Assembly (NCBI GenBank): GCA_025935415.1
Contig: JAICVI010000002.1
Span: forward strand, 1 to 53,503
DNA: 53,503 nt
Source of the DNA: Chloroflexota bacterium
GTDB lineage: Bacteria > Chloroflexota > Limnocylindria > Limnocylindrales > CSP1-4
Reading direction: 5' to 3'
Made by a program: the position numbers and the translations under genes. The notes under the pieces are model-generated. The model searched no databases. It was not told where the DNA came from and saw only the letters and a list, made by a program, of their open reading frames with translations. Within the stretch, counting starts at the first letter, position 1, and each line of letters starts with the position of its first letter. This document shows, one piece after another, positions 43,128 through 49,058 of this stretch.

Positions 43128-44393
43128 TCAGGCCGCTCCCGGGCCGACGAACCTCCGACGCGGTCGACGGCGGCGCCGCAGCAACGTCTGCGGGAACCGC
43201 AGCGTGAGCAGCAGCGAAGCGATGACCGTGGCCGGGACGCCGGCGACCCGCCCGCCGCCGGGCCGCGCGAGGATCGCGGTCGCGGCCCGCACCAGGCTCG
43301 GGGTTCGCAGCCACGCCGGGATCGAGGGATGCTCGCGGACAAGGCGCGCCAGGAAAGCCAGGTACGCCGAGCGGACGGATGCCGGCGCGCCGACCCAGTA
43401 GTCGAGCGGGTCCAGGACGAGCCCCTCGGTGACCGCCGGCGAGCGCTCGACCAGCCCTTCCGGCGCGGAGGCGATGAATGCCCCGACCGCATCGAACAGG
43501 TCCTCGGCCCCCTCGTCGGCGCGGGCCAGCGCCCGCGCCATCGGGCCCTCGAGGTCCGAGCGAACGAGCCGCTCGAAGTACGCCCCCACGACACGCTCGC
43601 GATCCCCGGGATCGGCGAGCTGCGCCTGCGCCTCGGCCGCCACGTCGGCGAGGGCGCCGATCGCGACACGCGCCGCTTCTGCGGCGACCCGTGCCGAGCC
43701 GCGCTTGGCCGCGGTGATCGTGCCGTCGCTCTCCACCATCGGACGGCGCCACTCGTAGACATCCTCGGCGATCACCTCGATGGCGTCGCCGGCTCGAAGG
43801 AGCGCACGGACCGTCCACGGTTGGTCGCCCAGCACACGGCCGCTGAAGCGCAGGCCCTGGAACGTCGACGCGTGAAAGAGCTTGCCGGTGGCCGATGCGT
43901 AGAAGAGCAGCCCGGGGCGGCCGGCGAGCGACGTTCGGCCAGGCCGGCGAATGTCGGGAATGTCGTAGGCCGGCGTCCGCCAGCGCCGCCGGCCGTCCGA
44001 CCACACGCGTTGGCCGACGACCACCCGAACGTCGGGCTGCCTGCTCGCCTCGCTGAGGGCCCGGAGACCGCCCGGCAGCAGGACGTCGTCGGCGTCGAGG
44101 TAGGTCAGCCACTCGCCGCGGATCGCGTCGAGCCCCAGGTTGCGCGCGCTCGACACACCGGCGTTGGCCTCGGACCGCACGAGGACGATGCGCGGATCGC
44201 TCGCGGCCCGGGCCACGACCGTCGCCGCGGTGTCGTCGGTCGAGCCATCGTCGACCACGACGCACTCGACGTCCGCGACGCCCTCATCGAGGACGGAATC
44301 GAGCGCTCGCCCGATCGACCGACCCGCGTTCCATGCCGGAATCAGGACCGAGACGGCCGGCCGAGCGGAGGGGGTTGCGATGCTACCCTTCAG
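43128..44393 (-). CDS. GT2-family (GT-A fold) glycosyltransferase; no canonical start codon upstream of its conserved N-terminus (candidate CTG at 44393)
   Basis: Track ORF 43128..44258 begins at VVDDGSTDDT. The frame stays open to an in-frame TGA at 44417..44415 and encodes the expected PAVSVLIPAWNAGRSIGRALDSVLDEGVADVECVVVDDGS. That stretch has only CTG, ATC or ATT as possible starts. The CTG at 44393 lies 7 nt after GGAG. A DxD motif (YLDADD) is present. Confidence 0.65.
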   Translation of the reverse strand: MKGSIATPSARPAVSVLIPAWNAGRSIGRALDSVLDEGVADVECVVVDDGSTDDTAATVVARAASDPRIVLVRSEANAGVSSARNLGLDAIRGEWLTYLDADDVLLPGGLRALSEASRQPDVRVVVGQRVWSDGRRRWRTPAYDIPDIRRPGRTSLAGRPGLLFYASATGKLFHASTFQGLRFSGRVLGDQPWTVRALLRAGDAIEVIAEDVYEWRRPMVESDGTITAAKRGSARVAAEAARVAIGALADVAAEAQAQLADPGDRERVVGAYFERLVRSDLEGPMARALARADEGAEDLFDAVGAFIASAPEGLVERSPAVTEGLVLDPLDYWVGAPASVRSAYLAFLARLVREHPSIPAWLRTPSLVRAATAILARPGGGRVAGVPATVIASLLLTLRFPQTLLRRRRRPRRRFVGPGAA

Positions 44394-45285
44394 CGCGATG
44401 CTCCATTCTGAGGCTCAGGCGCCTCGGCGCGTCGTGCCCGCTGGGAGCAGCTCCCTCTCGCTCCTCCGACAGGCGATCACCGACGTGGTGTCGCGCCGCC
44501 GGCTGATCCGCTATCTCGTCCAGGCGGACATGAAGAAGCGTGGGTCCGATACGTTCCTCGGGAACCTCTGGTGGATCCTCGACCCGCTCCTCCAGATGCT
44601 GGTCTACGTGATCTTCATCTACGCCATCGGGCGCAAGACCAGCAACGATTACCCGCTCTTCATCTTCGCGGCGTTGCTGCCGTGGAAGTGGTTCATCGCC
44701 GCTATCAACGACGCGACCACCTCCGTGATCCGCCAGGGGAACCTCATCAAGGGCATCGCGTTCCCGAAGCTCGTCCTGCCAGTCGCCACCGCGACCGCGG
44801 GAACCGTTGGATTCCTGTGGGGCATGGTGCCGCTGGGCGGCCTGATGCTGATCTACCACGACCGCATCTCGCTGATGCTCCTGTGGATCCCCGTCATCGC
44901 CGGCGTGCAGTACGTGTTCACGCTCGCGGGCGCGGTCTTCGTCTCGGCAGCGAACGTGTTCTTCCGCGATCTCGGCAATGCCATCACCCACCTCCTGCGG
45001 CTGTGGTGGTTCCTCTCGCCGGGGCTGTTCAGCCTCGCGGCGCTCTCCGAGATCGACTTCGTCAAGCACCACCCGATCATCCTCACGATCGCCAGCCTCA
45101 ACCCGTTCGCCACCCTCTTCGCCGCCTACCGCAACGTCATCTACGGCACGCCCGACGGCGTCGGGAAGCCGCTCCCGCCGGACCTCACGGCGCTCGCGGG
45201 ATTGCTGCTCGGGAGCCTCGTGTTCCTGGCCCTCACCGTGATCTTCTTCAAGCGCGTCGAGCCGAACTTCGCGAAGGTCCTGTGA
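44380..45285 (+). CDS. tagG: ABC-2-type polysaccharide/teichoic-acid export permease (TagG/Wzm/KpsM-like)
   Basis: The ATG at 44380 lies 5 nt after GGAGGGG, in the frame of track ORF 44140..45285. The sequence reads RRRLIRYLVQADMKKRGSDTFLGNLWWILDPLLQMLVYVIF and has about 6 TM segments. Confidence 0.8.
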   Translation: MLPFSAMLHSEAQAPRRVVPAGSSSLSLLRQAITDVVSRRRLIRYLVQADMKKRGSDTFLGNLWWILDPLLQMLVYVIFIYAIGRKTSNDYPLFIFAALLPWKWFIAAINDATTSVIRQGNLIKGIAFPKLVLPVATATAGTVGFLWGMVPLGGLMLIYHDRISLMLLWIPVIAGVQYVFTLAGAVFVSAANVFFRDLGNAITHLLRLWWFLSPGLFSLAALSEIDFVKHHPIILTIASLNPFATLFAAYRNVIYGTPDGVGKPLPPDLTALAGLLLGSLVFLALTVIFFKRVEPNFAKVL

Positions 45286-46166
45286 CCACGGACGTTGGCC
45301 AGTCGCCGGCAGCCACCTCGGCGACGCGCGATTCGTCGACCGTCTCGCAGACGATTCCCGTGTCCGCGAGGGACGACTACGCGATCGCGATCGATGACCT
45401 CGGCGTCCGCTACAACCTGCGGTTCAACCGCAAGACCACGGTGCGGCAGTCGTTCGCGAACGTCGTGCTGCGCCGCCCGCCGGAACAGTTCTGGGCACTG
45501 CGAAACGTCTCGCTGCGGCTTGCCCATGGCGAATCGCTCGCGGTCATCGGCCCGAACGGTGCCGGCAAGAGCACGTTCCTCCAGGTCCTCGCCGGGATCA
45601 TGCGTCCGTCGGAGGGCTTCGTCGACGTTCGCGGCCAGGTCTCGGGACTCCTCGGGCTCGGCCTCGGGTTCGACGCCGACCTGTCCGGCGTGGAGAACAT
45701 CCTCCTCGGCGGGGCCTTCCTGGGGTTCGACGACGCCAGGGTCCGCGAGCTCGTGCCGCAGATCGTCGAGTTCGCCGACCTCGGACAGTTCATCGACGCC
45801 CCGATCAAGACCTACTCGTCGGGCATGCGGGCGCGGCTCGGCTTCTCGATCGCGACGGCCGTCGACCCGGACATCCTCCTGCTCGACGAGGTCCTCGCCG
45901 CCGGGGACGCGAACTTCCGCACGAAGTCGAAGGCCCGGGTCATCGAGCTCGTCAGCGGCGCGAAGGCGGTCGTCCTCGTGACCCACGACATGGAATGGGT
46001 CCGGGAGTACTGCAATCGCGCGATCCTCCTCGAGAAGGGCCGCGTCATCCTCGAGGGCCGCCCGGACGAGGTCACGGAGCTGCACCTGCAGCGCCAGGCC
46101 GAGGAAGCCGAGCGCCGCCGCGCGAGAGCGGCGCAGAAAGGTCTCGACCCGCTCGTCGCGAAGTAG
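45282..46166 (+). CDS. tagH: Polysaccharide/teichoic-acid export ABC ATP-binding protein (TagH/Wzt/KpsT-like)
   Basis: The GTG at 45282 overlaps the permease stop (GTGA), in the frame of track ORF 44571..46166. The sequence reads FWALRNVSLRLAHGESLAVIGPNGAGKSTFL, YSSGMRARLGFS and ILLLDEVLAAGD. Confidence 0.85.
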   Translation: MTTDVGQSPAATSATRDSSTVSQTIPVSARDDYAIAIDDLGVRYNLRFNRKTTVRQSFANVVLRRPPEQFWALRNVSLRLAHGESLAVIGPNGAGKSTFLQVLAGIMRPSEGFVDVRGQVSGLLGLGLGFDADLSGVENILLGGAFLGFDDARVRELVPQIVEFADLGQFIDAPIKTYSSGMRARLGFSIATAVDPDILLLDEVLAAGDANFRTKSKARVIELVSGAKAVVLVTHDMEWVREYCNRAILLEKGRVILEGRPDEVTELHLQRQAEEAERRRARAAQKGLDPLVAK

Positions 46167-46169
46167 GGC

Positions 46170-46889
46170 CTACGTCGACGACTTGCCTCGACGGAGCCCT
46201 CGACGGCCGCCGCGCATGCGGGAGACGAGGGCGAAGACCACCCCGGCGACCGCGCCGAACGCCAGCGCGCCGCGCCAGTCCAGCAGGACCCTGATGTTGC
46301 CGTCGACCTTGCGGGCCACGAGGACCATGGCCGCCGATTGGTTCGCGCGAACGTCCGCGGCGATCACGATCCGTGCGGCCGCGCGATCCAGCTGGACCTG
46401 CCGAGCGAGGATCGACCGGGCGTAGCCGCGGCTGACCTCCACCTGATCCGCCATGGCGGCGCCAAGGGCGCTGCGCTCCAACGAGATGTGGTCCGCCTGG
46501 GCGGCCGCCACGGCGCCCTGCTCGACACGGAGCTCATCGCTCTGGAGGTGCGCCACGGCGCTGCGCTGCAGGGTGACGTGCTGGCCGGCGACGCTGCCCT
46601 CGCTGGACCCAGTGATCTTGATCACCTCTGGCTCCGCGGCGGCGCTCGCCGGAGCGCTGGCGGGCGCGGGGGTCGCGGTGCTCGCCGGCGACGTGGCGCT
46701 CGCCGGCGACGTCGCGGGCGCGGCCGTGGCGAGGCTTGCCGCGGCTGCCTCCTCCGCGGCCTCCCGCTCCGCCTTGGCCGCGGCGGCGTCGCGCGCTGCC
46801 TTCTCCGCGATGCGCTGCCGGCGCGGGGGCCGGCGGGCCTTGCTCTTCGCGACCCTGTCGGCGTTCGGGCCATGCACGGCGTCGTCCAT
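46170..46889 (-). CDS. Tail-anchored protein with a basic N-terminus, an Ala/Pro/Ser/Thr linker and six or seven 15-residue repeats (predicted beta-solenoid); unknown function
   Basis: The ATG at 46889 follows GGAGGA, in the frame of track ORF 46170..47039. In register the repeats read VTLQRSAVAHLQSDE / LRVEQGAVAAAQADH / ISLERSALGAAMADQ / VEVSRGYARSILARQ / VQLDRAAARIVIAAD / VRANQSAAMVLVARK. The C-terminus has a TM segment (ALAFGAVAGVVFALV) and a basic tail. Confidence 0.6.
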   Translation of the reverse strand: MDDAVHGPNADRVAKSKARRPPRRQRIAEKAARDAAAAKAEREAAEEAAAASLATAAPATSPASATSPASTATPAPASAPASAAAEPEVIKITGSSEGSVAGQHVTLQRSAVAHLQSDELRVEQGAVAAAQADHISLERSALGAAMADQVEVSRGYARSILARQVQLDRAAARIVIAADVRANQSAAMVLVARKVDGNIRVLLDWRGALAFGAVAGVVFALVSRMRGGRRGLRRGKSST

Positions 46890-47023
46890 CGCCGGTCCTC
46901 CTCGTGGCGTTCGGATGGCCAGCGTAGCGCGAGGGACCGGCGTCAACGACCGGACGGCGCCGGCAGCCGGGACGCGAGTATCCTGCGCGGGCCGGTGCTC
47001 GGGGCGCCGGCCGGGAGGGCAAC

Positions 47024-48244
47024 GTGGCGCAGTCGGCACCTACACGCAAGCTTCCACTTCGGCGCGGGCTGATCACCCTGATCGCCGTGGCGATCGCTGC
47101 CCTCGCGATCGTCGTCTCCGCACGACTGGGGACGCTCACGCCGGGCGGCGCGGCAGCGGCCTCGCACCCGCCGGGCCCGTCCACCGCGGAGTCCCTGGAG
47201 CCGGCGATGAGCCTCGCGCCGACGGCGACGCCCCTGGTATCGCCTTCGCCCACCCCGATCCCCCTCGTGCCGGCACCGCTGACGGGCCGACTCGTCACCA
47301 AGGCCGAGGCCCAGCGGCATCCGATCGCGGTCATGGTCGACGACAGCATCGACGCCCGGCCGCAGGCGGGCTTCAACGCCGCCTCGGTCGTCTGGCAGGC
47401 CCCGGCCGAGGGCGGCGTGCCGCGCTACATGCTCATCTTCCAGGACCAGATCCCGACGTCCGTCGGGCCGATCCGGAGCGCGTGCCAGTACTACATCGAA
47501 TGGGCGTCGGAGCTGAAGGCGATGTACGTCCACCACGGCGGGTCGCCGCAGGCCAAGGAGACGCTCGCCGCCAAGGGCAACGGGACCTGGGTCTACAACG
47601 CCGACGGCTTCCGCTGGGAGGGCCGCTACGTCTTCCGGGTGAAGGATCGCTTCCCGCCGCACAACGTCATGACCGACGGCGGCCACCTCCGCAAGCTCGC
47701 CACGAAGATCGGCGCCGACGACGGGCCGATCAAGCCGATGTGGTCGTTCGCGCCCGACGCGCCGCTGGAGGACCGGCCCACGGGCGGGTCGATCAAGGTC
47801 ATCTACCCGTACGAGCCGATCGAGTATCGCTACGACCGGCTGACCAACACCTACATCCGCTACGTCAACGGCTCGAAGAAGCCCCAGGTCGACATCGCCG
47901 ACGGCAAGGTCGTGGCGCCGAAGAACGTCGTCATCCTGCGGATGTTCTTCGGGCCACTGACCGACGCGCATCCGGAGAAGAAGCGGCTCGAGGCGGCCGA
48001 CGTCGGTCACGGCCAGGCCTGGATCGCCACCAACGGCGTCACGGTCAAGGGCACGTGGCGCAAGGCCTCACCGACGGCGCCGACGTTGCTGTTCGGCCCG
48101 GATGGCGAGCCCATCACACTGACCGTCGGGCAGACGTTCGTGCAGGTGCTCGCCCTCGGCTACGACTACTCGATCAAGAACGGATCACTGCCGGCGGCGT
48201 CCCCGAGCGTGAACCCCGGCGCCTCGGCGAGCCTCGCGCCCTAG
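47024..48244 (+). CDS. DUF3048-domain secreted/membrane-anchored protein (YerB-like)
   Basis: Track ORF of 406 aa with an N-terminal TM segment (GLITLIAVAIAALAIVV) and a Pro-rich linker. This is followed by PLTG...PIAVMVDDSIDARPQAGFNAASVVWQAPAEGGVPRYMLIF, which matches my memory of DUF3048. Confidence 0.65.
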   Translation: MAQSAPTRKLPLRRGLITLIAVAIAALAIVVSARLGTLTPGGAAAASHPPGPSTAESLEPAMSLAPTATPLVSPSPTPIPLVPAPLTGRLVTKAEAQRHPIAVMVDDSIDARPQAGFNAASVVWQAPAEGGVPRYMLIFQDQIPTSVGPIRSACQYYIEWASELKAMYVHHGGSPQAKETLAAKGNGTWVYNADGFRWEGRYVFRVKDRFPPHNVMTDGGHLRKLATKIGADDGPIKPMWSFAPDAPLEDRPTGGSIKVIYPYEPIEYRYDRLTNTYIRYVNGSKKPQVDIADGKVVAPKNVVILRMFFGPLTDAHPEKKRLEAADVGHGQAWIATNGVTVKGTWRKASPTAPTLLFGPDGEPITLTVGQTFVQVLALGYDYSIKNGSLPAASPSVNPGASASLAP

Positions 48245-49005
48245 CGGCGCCGGAGCCGGCGCGAGCGGAGCTCCTCCCAGCGAAGGCGCAGCACCACGAG
48301 CAAGGCCTCGAGGATGATCTTCCGGGACATCTTCGACTGCCCCACGACGCGGTCGCGGAAGGTGATCGGCACCTCGGCGATGCGCGCGCCGGCGCGGCTG
48401 GCGCGGTACGTCATCTCGATCTGGAAGACGTAGCCGCCGGCGTGGATGCCGTCGAACGAGATCGCGCCGAGCGTCGCGGCACGCCAGGCCTTGAACCCGC
48501 CGGTGAGGTCATGCGGCGTGAGTCCCAGCACGGTCCTGGCGAAGAGGCTCCCGCCTCGTGACACGATCCTGCGCCCGACCCCCCAGTCGAGCACCTTGCC
48601 GCCCTTCGTGTAGCGGCTCCCGATGACGAGGTCCGCGCGGCCCTCCAGGATCGGCGCCAGGAGCGATGGCAGCGCTGCCGGGTCGTGGGAGCCGTCCGCA
48701 TCCATCTGGATCAGCGACGTCGCGCCGCCGTCGAGCGCGGTCCTGAAGCCGTCGAGATAGGCGCGCCCGAGCCCGGCCTTCGCGGGCCGGTGCTTGACGC
48801 GCACGCGAGGGTTCTCCGCGGCCATCCGGTCGGCGATGTCACCGGTCCCATCGGGCGAGCCGTCGTCGACGACGAGGAGGGTGGAGCCGGGCACGGCGGC
48901 GAGAATCGCCTCGGCAATGCCGGGCAGGTTCTCCGCCTCGTTGTAGGTCGGCAGGACGATCCAGGTGCCGGTCCCGGGTGTGGAGGGCGAAGGCGCGGTC
49001 GTCAT
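48241..49005 (-). CDS. Polyprenyl-phosphate sugar synthase (Ppm1/DPM1/GtrB/CsbB-like GT2)
   Basis: The ATG at 49005 lies in track ORF 48241..50535; only the last 254 aa are credible. The sequence reads WIVLPTYNEAENL...LLVVDDGSPDGTGDIA...LIQMDADGSHDP...DLVIGSRY...DLTGGFKAW. Confidence 0.85.
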   Translation of the reverse strand: MTTAPSPSTPGTGTWIVLPTYNEAENLPGIAEAILAAVPGSTLLVVDDGSPDGTGDIADRMAAENPRVRVKHRPAKAGLGRAYLDGFRTALDGGATSLIQMDADGSHDPAALPSLLAPILEGRADLVIGSRYTKGGKVLDWGVGRRIVSRGGSLFARTVLGLTPHDLTGGFKAWRAATLGAISFDGIHAGGYVFQIEMTYRASRAGARIAEVPITFRDRVVGQSKMSRKIILEALLVVLRLRWEELRSRRLRRR

Positions 49006-49058
49006 CGTGCCGGGAGTGTAGAGGCGCGGGAGGCGCGGCCCGCCGCCGTACGGCGCCG

